A DNA stretch of 64,000 nucleotides, taken from contig DATMER010000050.1 in the NCBI GenBank assembly GCA_035556715.1, forward strand, positions 87,978-151,977, read 5' to 3'. Below, in pieces: positions 1 through 9,050 of the stretch. The position numbers and the translations under genes were made by a program. Within the stretch, counting starts at the first letter, position 1, and each line of letters opens with the position of its first letter. Below the pieces are notes generated by a model that was not told where the DNA came from, searched no databases, and saw only the letters and a program-made list of their open reading frames with translations. The stretch is from Thermoanaerobaculia bacterium. GTDB taxonomy: Bacteria; Acidobacteriota; Thermoanaerobaculia; Multivoradales; UBA5704.

Positions 1-711
1 GTCTGCCACCAGGCGCTCGACCATTTCGAGGCTCGTCTCGACCCACTGCTCGGCATGGCGGCAGGCGTCCCGGGCCATGACAGGGTACCGCCGCAGGATC
101 TCCAGAGCTGTGTCCGGTTTCTTAAGGAAGGAGACGAAGCTGGCGAACCGCTCCTCGGGAGTGTCTCCCTGAAGCCTTCCTTCGAGACGGCTAGCGTGGA
201 GCTCCAGAGCCAAAGCGCGTTCAGTCGCCCAGCGCAGTCGCGCGAGAAGTGTGGCCAAAAGTCCCGTGGCGACTGCTTCCGGCTCGATTGGGATCGTCGT
301 GATCTGGCGCAATCTCTCGAGTACACAGGCGTGGACGTCGGAGATCAGAGGCCTGAGGAGCTCAAGGATACCGAGCTGGTGACCATCCCCGGAGACGGGC
401 TGCGAAAAGTTCCGCGCCAGCCGCTCAACCCAATCGGGAGGAGCACCTGCCCGGCAATGCAGGACGGAGCAGGGCTCGGCCAGGATACGCGGGAGCCGGT
501 CCACGGTCAGGCCTTCCATGCCGAGACGCTCGGTAAAGAGGGCGTCGTCGAGCAACTCCGACTCGCGTCGCCATCGCTGCACCTTTCTGATGGCGCGCTC
601 CATCCGTTCCAGGGGCGGATTGCCTTCGTCGGACCTCACGAGAGCTGCGCGCTCAGCGACCGTCAGGGCTTCGAGCCAGCCCGGGGCATCTGCGATGTCA
701 TGCATCAGCCA
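1..711 (-). CDS. Class II lanthipeptide synthetase (LanM-like), N-terminal ~237 aa; gene continues beyond the left window edge
   Basis: Hand translation of the minus strand from ATG (RC of cat at 709-711), open to position 1: MHDIADAPGWLEALTVAERAALVRSDEGNPPLERMERAIRKVQRWRRESELLDD...LEGRLQGDTPEERFASFVSFLKKPDTALEILRRYPVMARDACRHAEQWVETSLEMVERLVAD. The segments WLEALTVAER, GDTPEERF and YPVMARD recall N-terminal signatures of LanM dehydratase domains (recognition from memory). Lies 75 bp downstream of a lanthipeptide precursor on the same strand. Not in the ORF track because it is edge-truncated. Confidence 0.55.
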
Positions 712-785
712 GGCGCATCCTCCTGTCCTGAATCAAAAGAGCGGGCGGACCCTGGACCGCCCGCTCCGGAGGCATTCAGTTCGAG

Positions 786-1016
786 TTACGGGCATTGCGT
801 CCCTGGCTGGACGCAGGAACAATCCGGCGTCGAGCAGCATTTGTAGGTTTGGCAGACGTAGGAGCCTGTGCAACCACCCGTAACGCTCCGCAGGATGTCG
901 TCGCTGATCCCCGCTAGGCCAGCAGGATTCTCCGGCAAGCTGGCCCGCTGCTCTGAAGAGAGGCTGTTGCGGTACTCCTCGTCGCGCCAGGCACGGACCA
1001 CGTCGATCTTCCTCAT
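786..1016 (-). CDS. lanA: Class II lanthipeptide precursor peptide (mersacidin / lichenicidin-alpha / haloduracin-alpha type leader, GG cleavage site, Cys/Ser/Thr-rich core)
   Basis: 76 aa: MRKIDVVRAWRDEEYRNSLSSEQRASLPENPAGLAGISDDILRSVTGG | CTGSYVCQTYKCCSTPDCSCVQPGTQCP. The leader aligns with mersacidin MrsA (IIRSWKDPFSRENSTQNPAGNPFSEL...) and lichenicidin Bli-alpha (ILSWKNPMYRTESSYHPAGNILKEL). Double-Gly end. Core has 7 Cys and 7 Ser/Thr in 28 aa. Strong RBS AGGAGG 5 nt upstream of the ATG (RC of 1017-1030). Confidence 0.8.
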   Translation of the reverse strand: MRKIDVVRAWRDEEYRNSLSSEQRASLPENPAGLAGISDDILRSVTGGCTGSYVCQTYKCCSTPDCSCVQPGTQCP

Positions 1017-1111
1017 CGTATCCTCCTCTCGTTGTTATCCTAGACAGCTCGACAGAGCTGCTTAGATAAGCTACTACAGAAGTGCAGGGCGCGGAAGACC
1101 TGATCGTTGTA

Positions 1112-2767
1112 TCAGCGGAGCTCTCCCGCGCGCCACCGACCAAGCACATGGTCCGCCACGCGGAAGCTGTTGGCCAGGATCGTCAGGGTGGGAGCCGCGC
1201 CTCCCGAGGTGGGCATGAAGCTGCCGTCCACCACATAGAGATTGGGGACCTCGTGCGCCCGGCAGTGTTCATCCAGGACCGAGGTGCGGGGATCGCTCCC
1301 CATCCGGCAGGTGCCGTGGACCAAGTAGGCGGAGGTGCCGCCCACGGAGGTCGCCCGCAGGTCTACCGCCCCCAGTCCGTCCAGAATCTCGAAGCCGTGC
1401 TCTAGGAGCCAGCGGCCCGCGATTCGGTGGTGCTCGGGCACGTCCAGATGGATGCGCGCCACCGGCAGACCCCAGCGGTCCTTCACCTCCGGGTCGAGCT
1501 CCACGAACGTCCGGTCGTTGGGCAGGAAGTCGTGGAAGGCCTCGAAGCCGACCGTCCGGTGCTCTTGAAAGTGCTCCCGCAGGCGGCGCTTGAGATCCGC
1601 CCCCCAGGGCACCGGCTCGGACTCACCCATCACCATCTCCGCGGTGGCCAGCGGCACGGTGCCGTCGATGTCGAAGCGCAGCAGTCCCCCTTTGGGGAGA
1701 GCGCTGACCCCTTCGGGGAGGAAGTAGTGGTCCATGAGCGACACACCCAGGAAGGGATGCCAGGCGCTTAGCGGGAGCTCCGGATGATCCCCGATGCGGA
1801 ACCGGCCCTGGCCCATGGTGACGCCGTGGAACTGCAGATGCCTTCCGACCCGGCCGCTGCCGTTCGCCAGACCGTCCGGAAAGCGGGGGGAGCGGGAGAG
1901 CAGCAGCATGCGGGCCGATTCCACGGCCGAGGCGCAGACGAAGACCACCCGCGCCGGTACCTCGTGCTCGCGGCCCTCGCGGTCGAGATAAATACAACCC
2001 GAGGCCCGGCCCTGCCGGTCCACAGTGACCTCCTTCACCATGCACTCCGGACGGACCTCGCAACGCCCGGTGGCCTCGGCGCGGGGAAGCAGGGCCTCGG
2101 CGGTGCTCCCTTTCGCCCCCACCCGGCAGCCGTACCCGGCGCAGGCGCTGCAATAGATGCACGCGGGCCGTCCCTGGTAGGGACGGGAGTTGATCGAGCG
2201 GGGCGTGGGGAAGGGGTGGAGCCCCCGCTTGCGGCAGGCCTCCTCCAGCCAGGGGGCGAGGGGATGGCTGTCGAGCGGCGGCAGGGGGTATGGACCCGAG
2301 CGCGGACCCTCGAAAGGGTTGAGCCCGGCCTGCCCGGCCACACCCACCTCCCGCTCGGCCAGGGTGTAGTACGGCTCCAGCTCTTCGTAGCCGAACGGCC
2401 AATCCGCCAGCTCCTCCACCGGCCCGAAGCGGCTCCGCATGCGGAAGTCGTCGGGATGGAACCGGTAGAGAAAGGCGCCCATGTGGACCGTGCCGCCGCC
2501 GACACAGGTGGCGATCCAGCCCAGCTCGGTGCGGACCGGCCGGGTCGTCTTCGGGGTCACGACGGTGTGAGGCTCGCCGTCCAGGTAGGGGAGGAAGAAG
2601 CGATGCCGCTGGTTCGCCAGCTCGTCGGCCGGGTACTCCTCGGGCCGGTGCCGCGGGCCTTTCTCCAAGACCAGGACGTCGAGGCCCGCCCGGGAGAGAG
2701 CCAGGGCCAGGGGACCTCCCCCTGCGCCGCTGCCGATGATGACCGCGTCGCGGATTCCCGGGGTCAC
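1112..2767 (-). CDS. GMC-family FAD-dependent oxidoreductase (gluconate 2-dehydrogenase flavoprotein-like)
   Basis: 551 aa. N-terminal FAD Rossmann fold VIIGSGAGGGPLALALSRAGLDVLVLEKG. C-terminal GMC signature region (HGTCRMGSDP...VVDGSFMPTSGGAAPTLTI). 4-bp ATGA overlap with the upstream small-subunit gene. Confidence 0.85.
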   Translation of the reverse strand: MTPGIRDAVIIGSGAGGGPLALALSRAGLDVLVLEKGPRHRPEEYPADELANQRHRFFLPYLDGEPHTVVTPKTTRPVRTELGWIATCVGGGTVHMGAFLYRFHPDDFRMRSRFGPVEELADWPFGYEELEPYYTLAEREVGVAGQAGLNPFEGPRSGPYPLPPLDSHPLAPWLEEACRKRGLHPFPTPRSINSRPYQGRPACIYCSACAGYGCRVGAKGSTAEALLPRAEATGRCEVRPECMVKEVTVDRQGRASGCIYLDREGREHEVPARVVFVCASAVESARMLLLSRSPRFPDGLANGSGRVGRHLQFHGVTMGQGRFRIGDHPELPLSAWHPFLGVSLMDHYFLPEGVSALPKGGLLRFDIDGTVPLATAEMVMGESEPVPWGADLKRRLREHFQEHRTVGFEAFHDFLPNDRTFVELDPEVKDRWGLPVARIHLDVPEHHRIAGRWLLEHGFEILDGLGAVDLRATSVGGTSAYLVHGTCRMGSDPRTSVLDEHCRAHEVPNLYVVDGSFMPTSGGAAPTLTILANSFRVADHVLGRWRAGELR

Positions 2768-3195
2768 TCGCCGGTCTTCCCGAGGCAGTGGCCCGTGTGC
2801 ACCTCGGGCACTCCCAGATAGCTCCAGCCCAGGCCGCCGCGGTTGCCGCCGTGGGCCGGATCGCAGAGGAAGCCTTCCAGGGTGAAGGACACGAGCTTGC
2901 GGAAGAAGGCCCGGCGCAGACGGTCCGGCTCCGCCTGGAAGCGGCGCAGGACTTCGTCGCGCTGGTCCGCATCGCAGGAGGGGAAGGGAAGGGCGAAAAG
3001 CTCTTCAGCCAGCTCCTCGAAGCGGCCGAGGCCATCCTCGAAGAGCGGCTGCCAGGAGCGGAAGCCGTCCGTTTCCAGGAGCCGCTCGATGTAGGCCGCC
3101 GCTCCGGTCTCCGCCGCGCCAGGGCCATCATCCGAGGGGAGGATGCGCTCAGCCGCGGCGGCCAGGATCTTCCTCTCCTCGCCGGTCAAAGCCAC
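2764..3195 (-). CDS. Gluconate 2-dehydrogenase subunit 3 family protein (small partner of the GMC oxidoreductase)
   Basis: 143 aa MALTGEERKILAAAAERILPSDDGPGAAETGAAAYIERLL..., typical of the Gluconate_2-dh3 family. Translationally coupled (ATGA) to the GMC gene. Confidence 0.75.
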   Translation of the reverse strand: MALTGEERKILAAAAERILPSDDGPGAAETGAAAYIERLLETDGFRSWQPLFEDGLGRFEELAEELFALPFPSCDADQRDEVLRRFQAEPDRLRRAFFRKLVSFTLEGFLCDPAHGGNRGGLGWSYLGVPEVHTGHCLGKTGE

Positions 3196-3365
3196 GGCGG
3201 TGATTCTACCCGGAATTAAGGGGCGGACCGTGGGGCCCGCCGGGGGAGAGGTCTCAGTAGCATGGACAGGTGGGCAGGGCGTGCAGATGCCGGTCGTGCA
3301 TTGCCCGATGGTCGTGGGGCCGCAGCCGCCGGTGACCGTCTTCAGGATGCATCCTCGAGGAGGCC

Positions 3366-3795
3366 TGACGCGACCGGGGCAATTCTGACGCGACGATGGA
3401 TTCTCCTGACGCGACCCAGCCTATAGTCGCGTCAGCGATAGCTTTCCATGGCGCGACGATAGGCCTGGCTGACGCGATGATAGAATTCTGTGATGCGACT
3501 CAAGACTTGGATGATGCGAAGAAAGATATAGCTGACGCGACGATAGGCTTTGCTGATGCGACTCAAGGCCCAGTCGCGTCACCGAAACCTATAGCCGCAT
3601 CAGCCATCTCTTTCCCTGGAGCGACGAAGGATTCCGCTGGCGCGACGATGGACTGGTCCGCGACGCCGATAGGTTGAGCTGTCGCGACTTGGGCCCAAGT
3701 CGCATCACCGATAGGTTCTGTTGACGCGACTTGAGGCTGAGTCGCGACAGGAAAGGGCTTCTCCTCGCGCGCTGATCCTGTGTCGCGACAACAGG
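3366..3795. repeat. Degenerate ~21-bp tandem repeat array (~20 units; consensus approx CTGACGCGACGATAGGCTTTG), units in both orientations, with embedded perfect palindromes
   Basis: GACGCGAC / GTCGCGTC octamers recur about every 20-22 bp (near 3366, 3386, 3407, 3427, 3453, 3470, 3492, 3512, 3533, 3553, 3572 ... 3783). Perfect palindromes include GCGACTTGGGCCCAAGTCGC (3686-3705) and CTGACGCGAC-N10-GTCGCGTCAG (3405-3436). The 7-aa periodicity in spurious ORF 3396..3677 (ADATIGF/ADATQGP) follows from the 21-bp period. Confidence 0.65.
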
Positions 3796-4049
3796 GTAGT
3801 CCCGCCGCGCGCTGAAAGGTCTGGGGCTGGGCCCCATGTGTGGTGTTGCGGCAGACAAACCCTTTGGCGTGGAGCGGAGTTTCTGTACGCGTCAGGAAGC
3901 AGAGCACTACGGGTGCTGTCCTGCACCTGTACGAACGCGCTGGCGACCTCAAGTACGGCGAACTCGAGGTCGGCCAGGAGACTGTGGTCTTCGACTGATA
4001 GAATCGGGTGGAAGCTCACAAACCCTGGTTTAGCTGAAAGGGGCTCATC

Positions 4050-4607
4050 ATGTTGAATCGCATCGCGGTTCTGGCTTTGGCGTGTTTTGTCTGGGCAGGC
4101 GCTCTCCAGGCGCAGGAGGCCGGCAGCGCAAGCGGTAAGGGGACGATGGAGCGGATCGTCGATCCGAGGACCGGCCAGAGCGAGCAGGTGACGTTCCAGC
4201 CGCGTCATTCGTTCGCCTATTCCGGGACCGTGGCTGGAATGAAGTTCACCTGGCTCGTCCTCACCGACAAGGAGCCCCCGTTGAAGACCTGGGCGGCGGC
4301 AAAGGACCGCGCCGAGGCGCAGCGGCTCTGGTGCGGGACGGAAAAGGCGTCCTTCGTCTCCGTGCAGTTGGATAAGGACTGGAAGGTCTATGCCTACTAC
4401 CTGTGTCCTGCAAACGGCGCCGTGAGCACCCAGATGCTGAGCACCTTTAACGGGCTCGACAGCGTCGTCCTCGATTTCGAGGTCCGCGATGCGAAGAAGC
4501 TGAAGGGCACCCTGCGCACCGGCGACGGCGCCTGTGGGAACGACGAAGAAATGACCTACTGCACGCCGACAGGCGACTACACCTTCGATGCCCCTCTCGT
4601 GAAATGA
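4050..4607 (+). CDS. Hypothetical secreted protein (N-terminal signal peptide)
   Basis: 185 aa with N-terminal hydrophobic signal MLNRIAVLALACFVWAGALQA. RBS GAAAGGGG upstream. Locally lower GC and plausible codon usage. No recognised family. Confidence 0.55.
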   Translation: MLNRIAVLALACFVWAGALQAQEAGSASGKGTMERIVDPRTGQSEQVTFQPRHSFAYSGTVAGMKFTWLVLTDKEPPLKTWAAAKDRAEAQRLWCGTEKASFVSVQLDKDWKVYAYYLCPANGAVSTQMLSTFNGLDSVVLDFEVRDAKKLKGTLRTGDGACGNDEEMTYCTPTGDYTFDAPLVK

Positions 4608-4632
4608 CGGGGAGACGCCCCGCGGGGCGTCT

Positions 4633-6309
4633 CTACGGTGAGGAAACCGCCGCCCGCACATCCCCCCTCAGGGCGGGGAGGTCGAGCGGCACCACGGGCT
4701 CCTGGGCCAGGGCGGCGGCGAGCTTGGCGTCGTGGCCGTAGACGTCCTTGCGGAAGTGGATGGCTCCGTTGTCTTCCACCCAGGCGGTGAAGTAGAGGAT
4801 GTGCACGGGCAGCTTCTTCGGCAGCTTGATGCTCCGCTGCTCGCCCGAGACGATGGCCTCTCGCAACCGGGTGCCGCGCCAGTCGGGGTTGTCCCGGAGC
4901 AGGTACTCGGCGAGCTGCACCGGCCGCTCCAGGCGGACGCAGCCGTGGCTGAAGTCCCGCTCTTCCCGGGAGAAGAGGTGGTCGGCGGGGGAGTCGTGCA
5001 GGTAGACGTCGTGCTCGTTCGGGAACATGAACTTGACCTGGCCGAGCGGGTTGTCCGGGCCGGGGCGCTGGCGGATCCGCTGACTGCCGCCGCTGCTCAC
5101 GAATTCCATGTTGTTGCGCGCCATGTAGCCGGGATCGCTCGCCTGCTTGGGGAGGATCTCCTCCTCGGCGATGCTGGTGGGGATGTTCCACGCCGGGTTC
5201 AGCTCCAGGTACTCCATCTGGTCGCTGAACACAGGTGTCTGGCTCTGCTGCTTGCCCACGACCACGGCCATGTCGAGCGCCTTGCGGCCCCCGTCGATCA
5301 GCTCCATCCGGTACTCGGGGACGTTGACCCAGATGTAGCTGTCGCCCAAGCTGTTCGGCAGCCAGCGCCAGCGCTCCAGGTTGAGCTCGATCTGGCGGAT
5401 GCGGTCCTGCACCGGCACGTTGAGCTCGGCCAGGGTGCCTTCGCCGAGCTTGCCGTCGGGGTCCAGGCCGTGGCGCTGCTGGAAGCGGGCGATCGCCTGG
5501 GCCACGGCGTCGTCGAAGACGGGCGGGGGAGCGGGTTGGCCCTCCTCAGCCGGAGGGACGGCGAGGTCCCCTTCCGCGGCGAGCCGGTTGCGCAGCGCGA
5601 GCACTCCCGCTCCCCGGGCTCCCATCTCGAGGCCCGCGGGCACGGAGGGCCAGCCGCCCTTGGCCGCGATCTCGCGATATCGGGCGAGGGCGTCCCGCAG
5701 CCGGGCATAGCGGGGATTGGGCGGAGCCAGGCTCCGGAGGCTCTCCATGACCGCCCCGTCCTTGTCCTGCAGGGTCGTCTCCAGGCGGGCATCCAGGTCG
5801 ACGTTGCGCGACTGGTCCTCCCAGTGGACGCGGAGCGTCTCGGGCTGCACCCGGCCGATGGCCGTGTGGGCCGCCAGGGTCAGGTAGACGAAGGTCAGCT
5901 CGACGTCGAGGTCGGCAAGCCGGCGCTGAGCCTCCGGCGATTCGAGCGACTCCTGCTCCTTCACCTGGCTGAGCAGGCCCGCGAGCCGGGTGCTGTGATA
6001 GCGGCGCGGGTCGAGCCCTTCGGCGGTGGTGATGGAGCCGAGGGTCTCGACGAGCTGCTCGGCGTGAGGCCGGGGGCCGCCCACTTCCGACCAGGCGGGC
6101 TGGTACTGGCGCTTCTGGTAGAACCGGCGCATCTCGTCCCAGGCGCGCGCCCGCTCCTTCTGCTCCTTGATGGAGACAGGCAGGGTCTCGGATTCCACGG
6201 TGGAGCGGATGATCTGCGCCACCTGGGGCGGCATGATCTTCTCGCGGCACCCGGTAAGAAGGAAAACCCCGGCGAGAACTAGGGAGAGGGGCAGAATTCG
6301 CAATTTCAT
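4633..6309 (-). CDS. L,D-transpeptidase family lipoprotein (YcbB/LdtD-like, peptidoglycan-binding plus YkuD catalytic domain)
   Basis: Catalytic motif region HDSPADHLFSREERDFSHGCVRL (YkuD His/Cys). Lipoprotein signal MKLRILPLSLVLAGVFLLTGC. ORF 4633..6426 trimmed to the internal ATG at 6309, which precedes the signal peptide. Confidence 0.8.
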   Translation of the reverse strand: MKLRILPLSLVLAGVFLLTGCREKIMPPQVAQIIRSTVESETLPVSIKEQKERARAWDEMRRFYQKRQYQPAWSEVGGPRPHAEQLVETLGSITTAEGLDPRRYHSTRLAGLLSQVKEQESLESPEAQRRLADLDVELTFVYLTLAAHTAIGRVQPETLRVHWEDQSRNVDLDARLETTLQDKDGAVMESLRSLAPPNPRYARLRDALARYREIAAKGGWPSVPAGLEMGARGAGVLALRNRLAAEGDLAVPPAEEGQPAPPPVFDDAVAQAIARFQQRHGLDPDGKLGEGTLAELNVPVQDRIRQIELNLERWRWLPNSLGDSYIWVNVPEYRMELIDGGRKALDMAVVVGKQQSQTPVFSDQMEYLELNPAWNIPTSIAEEEILPKQASDPGYMARNNMEFVSSGGSQRIRQRPGPDNPLGQVKFMFPNEHDVYLHDSPADHLFSREERDFSHGCVRLERPVQLAEYLLRDNPDWRGTRLREAIVSGEQRSIKLPKKLPVHILYFTAWVEDNGAIHFRKDVYGHDAKLAAALAQEPVVPLDLPALRGDVRAAVSSP

Positions 6310-6356
6310 CTCGATTCCTCGTCCGGCTGTGGGGGCACCCGCTCGGGGGCGGCCGG

Positions 6357-9044
6357 TCACTTCAACCCCACAGCCTTCTTCATGGCCGCCGTGATCGACT
6401 GATGCTCTTTCAAGAAGTCTGCCCACGGGTCGGCTTCGAGGCTCTCGAGCCTTTCAGGGAGGTTCCGGACGGTGTAGGTGTTGGCCCGCACATCGGTTTC
6501 CAGCTCTTCCCAGAAGAGGGGGGTGGAGACCGGCGCTCCGGGGCGGGCGCGGGTGGAGTAGGCCGCGATGGAGGTGGCGCCACGGCCGTTGCGCAGGTAG
6601 TCGATGAAGATCTTGCCCTTGCGGCTGGCCTTGGGGAGCTTGGAGGTGTAGCGGGTCGGTTCTTCGGCCACGATGCTCTCGACCACGGCCTTGGTGAAGG
6701 CCTTGACCTCGTCCCACTCTCCGCGCCGGGTGATGGGCATGCAGACGTGGAGCCCCTTGCCGCCGGTGGTCTTGAGGAAGGTGCGCAATCCGAGCCCCTC
6801 CAGCCGCTCGCGCACCTTGAGGGTCCCCTCCACCACCCGCTCCCAGGAGAGGCCTTCGTCGGGGTCGAGGTCGAAGACGATGTAGTCGGGCTTCTCGATC
6901 GCGTCCACGTGCGAGCCCCAGATGTGGAGCTCCAGCACGCCCATCTGCACCAGGGAGATCAGGCCGGTCGGCGAGTCCAAGGCGCCATAGGGGACGGCGC
7001 CGCCGCCCTCTTCCACCTGGACTCTCTTGATAGAGGAGGGAAACTGTTCGTTGACGTGCTTCTGGTAGAAGCACTGCTTCCCCTGCCCCGAGGGGCAGCG
7101 CACCAGGGTCAGCGGCCGGTTTTCGAGATGGGGGAGGATCCAGGCCTGGATCCGCTCGTAGAAGAGGGCCAGCTCGCGCTTGGTGAGCCCCTGCTCGGGA
7201 TAGAGGACCCGGTCGGGGTTGGTGATCTTGACCCCGGCGATCTCGGTGATGTCCCCGGGGTCCTTCGCGGGCCCGAGAGGAGGGATGTCCCCTTTCTTTG
7301 CCTTCTTGGATGCGGGCTTCTTCACGGCCTTCTTCGCAGTCTTGGCAGTCTTCGCCGCAAGCGTCCGCGGGGCAGAGGCCTTCTTCTCTGCTTTCTCGAT
7401 CTTTTCGGTGGGCTGTTCGACCTCCCGCACCACCTCGTCCGGGCTCTTGTCCTCGCGCAGCCCCTGGAACGTAGGATGGCGGAGGATGCCGTCCTCGGTC
7501 CACTCGGTGAAGGCGACTTCGGCCACCAGCTTGGGCTCGACCCAGTGGCTGCGCCGGGCCTCGGCGCCCCGGGGAGCCTTCTTGAAGGCCGGGGTCTTGC
7601 GCTCCAGCTTGGCTAGCCGCTTGCGCAGGTCGACCAGGGTGCGGGTATTGAACCCGGTTCCGACCTTGCCGGCGAAGACCAGCTCGCCGCCTTCGTTGAC
7701 GGCGAGGAGGAGAGCGCCGAACCCGGTGCGGGAGCCTTCGGGATCGGTGAAGCCCACGATCACCATCTCCTGCCGCTTGAGGCACTTGACCTTGAGCCAG
7801 TCCTTGCTGCGGCCGGACTGGTAGGGGAGGTCGGCCCGCTTGGAGATCATCCCCTCCAGGGCGTAGCTGCAGGCGTGGCGATAGAACTCGTCCCCGGCCC
7901 CGAGGACGTGGTCGCTGAAGCGGATCGTGCCCTCGGCCGGCTGGTTCGCCAGAAGAGCCGAGAGCGCCTCCTTCCTCTGCAGGAGCGGGACCGGGCGGAT
8001 GTCGTAGCCATCCAGGTGGAGGAGGTCGAAGGCGAAGAAGACGAGGTTCTCCCCTCCTTCGCCGAGCGCGTTCTGCAGGGCCTGGAAGCTGGTGGTCCCA
8101 TTGGGCAGGAGGACCGCGGCCTCGCCGTCGAGGAGCGCCTCTTTCGCCGGAAGAGCCGCGATGGCCTCGGCAATGGGGCCGAAGCGGTCGGTCCAGTCCT
8201 TGCCGTTGCGGGTGATGATGCGGACCTTCCCATCCTTGAGCTCGCAGAGGACCCGGTAGCCATCGAACTTGAGCTCGTGAACCCACTCCGTGCCGCGGGG
8301 AGGGTCCGAGACCAGGGTGGCGAGCTGGGGCGCGGCCTTCGCCGGAAGCTTCGCCTTGCGAGCTCCGGGCAGGGTCGAGAGATCAAAAGCAGATGGCTTG
8401 GGGGCAGCCTTCTTCGCGGCCGGCTTCTTCTTGGTGGAGACCTTCTCCTCGCGGTTCGACTGCCAGACGCGGTCGGGGTTGGCGGCGATCTCCTCCAGGG
8501 TCAGGCCGGTGGTGACGCTCGCCGAGTACTCCTGGACGACGGCATCCCCGCTGCCCGGCACGGCAAACTCGTCGTTGTCCTTGAACAGGAGCCAGTTCTC
8601 CTTGTCCTCGCCCGCTCTGTCACCGTGCAGGCGCACTAGGTGCCAGCCGCCGTGGAGCTTCTCGCCTTCGAGGCGGAACTTGATATGGCCCTTGCGGTAG
8701 GCCTTGACCGGATCGCCTTCAGGATCCCAGGTACCGCGGTCCCAGAGCAGGACAGTGCCGCCGCCGTACTGCCCCTTGGGGATGATTCCCTCGAAGCCGC
8801 CGTAGTCGAGTGGGTGGTCCTCGACGTGGACCGCCAACCGCTTCTCGCCGGGGTCGAGGCTCGGACCCTTGGGCACGGCCCAGGAGCGGAGGACCCCCTC
8901 CATCTCCAGGCGAAAGTCGTAGTGGAGACGGGTGGCCGCGTGCTTCTGGATGACGAACGAGTTGCCTTTGGCGGCGGCGACCTTGCCCGCGGGCTCGGGG
9001 GTCTTCTTGAAGTCGCGCTTGCGCTTGTATTCCTGGAGTGCCAT
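6357..9044 (-). CDS. ligD: Multidomain NHEJ DNA ligase D (phosphoesterase - ATP-dependent ligase - polymerase/primase)
   Basis: 895 aa. N-terminal LigD 3'-phosphoesterase domain (FVIQKHAATRLHYDFRLE). Ligase KxDG adenylation motif (HELKFDGYR). C-terminal LigD polymerase domain. Immediately downstream of ku. Confidence 0.9.
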   Translation of the reverse strand: MALQEYKRKRDFKKTPEPAGKVAAAKGNSFVIQKHAATRLHYDFRLEMEGVLRSWAVPKGPSLDPGEKRLAVHVEDHPLDYGGFEGIIPKGQYGGGTVLLWDRGTWDPEGDPVKAYRKGHIKFRLEGEKLHGGWHLVRLHGDRAGEDKENWLLFKDNDEFAVPGSGDAVVQEYSASVTTGLTLEEIAANPDRVWQSNREEKVSTKKKPAAKKAAPKPSAFDLSTLPGARKAKLPAKAAPQLATLVSDPPRGTEWVHELKFDGYRVLCELKDGKVRIITRNGKDWTDRFGPIAEAIAALPAKEALLDGEAAVLLPNGTTSFQALQNALGEGGENLVFFAFDLLHLDGYDIRPVPLLQRKEALSALLANQPAEGTIRFSDHVLGAGDEFYRHACSYALEGMISKRADLPYQSGRSKDWLKVKCLKRQEMVIVGFTDPEGSRTGFGALLLAVNEGGELVFAGKVGTGFNTRTLVDLRKRLAKLERKTPAFKKAPRGAEARRSHWVEPKLVAEVAFTEWTEDGILRHPTFQGLREDKSPDEVVREVEQPTEKIEKAEKKASAPRTLAAKTAKTAKKAVKKPASKKAKKGDIPPLGPAKDPGDITEIAGVKITNPDRVLYPEQGLTKRELALFYERIQAWILPHLENRPLTLVRCPSGQGKQCFYQKHVNEQFPSSIKRVQVEEGGGAVPYGALDSPTGLISLVQMGVLELHIWGSHVDAIEKPDYIVFDLDPDEGLSWERVVEGTLKVRERLEGLGLRTFLKTTGGKGLHVCMPITRRGEWDEVKAFTKAVVESIVAEEPTRYTSKLPKASRKGKIFIDYLRNGRGATSIAAYSTRARPGAPVSTPLFWEELETDVRANTYTVRNLPERLESLEADPWADFLKEHQSITAAMKKAVGLK

Positions 9045-9050
9045 GGGAGA

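Noticed and set aside
55-846. 263-aa plus-strand ORF at the left edge
   Set aside because: It is the antisense shadow of a much more protein-like minus-strand frame (LanM-like N-terminus) and overlaps the lanthipeptide precursor. No family resemblance and low-complexity composition.
868-1065. 65-aa plus-strand ORF
   Set aside because: Antisense to the RBS-supported lanthipeptide precursor gene.
1623-3131. 502-aa minus-strand ORF, Arg/Pro/Gly-rich
   Set aside because: Alternate frame across the GMC oxidoreductase and small-subunit genes. The composition is typical of an out-of-frame GC-rich artefact.
3396-3677. 93-aa ORF with ADATxG heptad repeats
   Set aside because: It is simply the translation of the 21-bp tandem DNA repeat. 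No start context, and all frames are similarly open.
3366-3795. Possibility that the periodic repeats are a CRISPR array
   Set aside because: Period is ~21 bp with no unique spacers between units. Units are degenerate and in both orientations. No cas genes nearby.
6454-8286. 610-aa minus-strand ORF
   Set aside because: Alternate frame within ligD. Arg/Pro/Gly-rich artefact.
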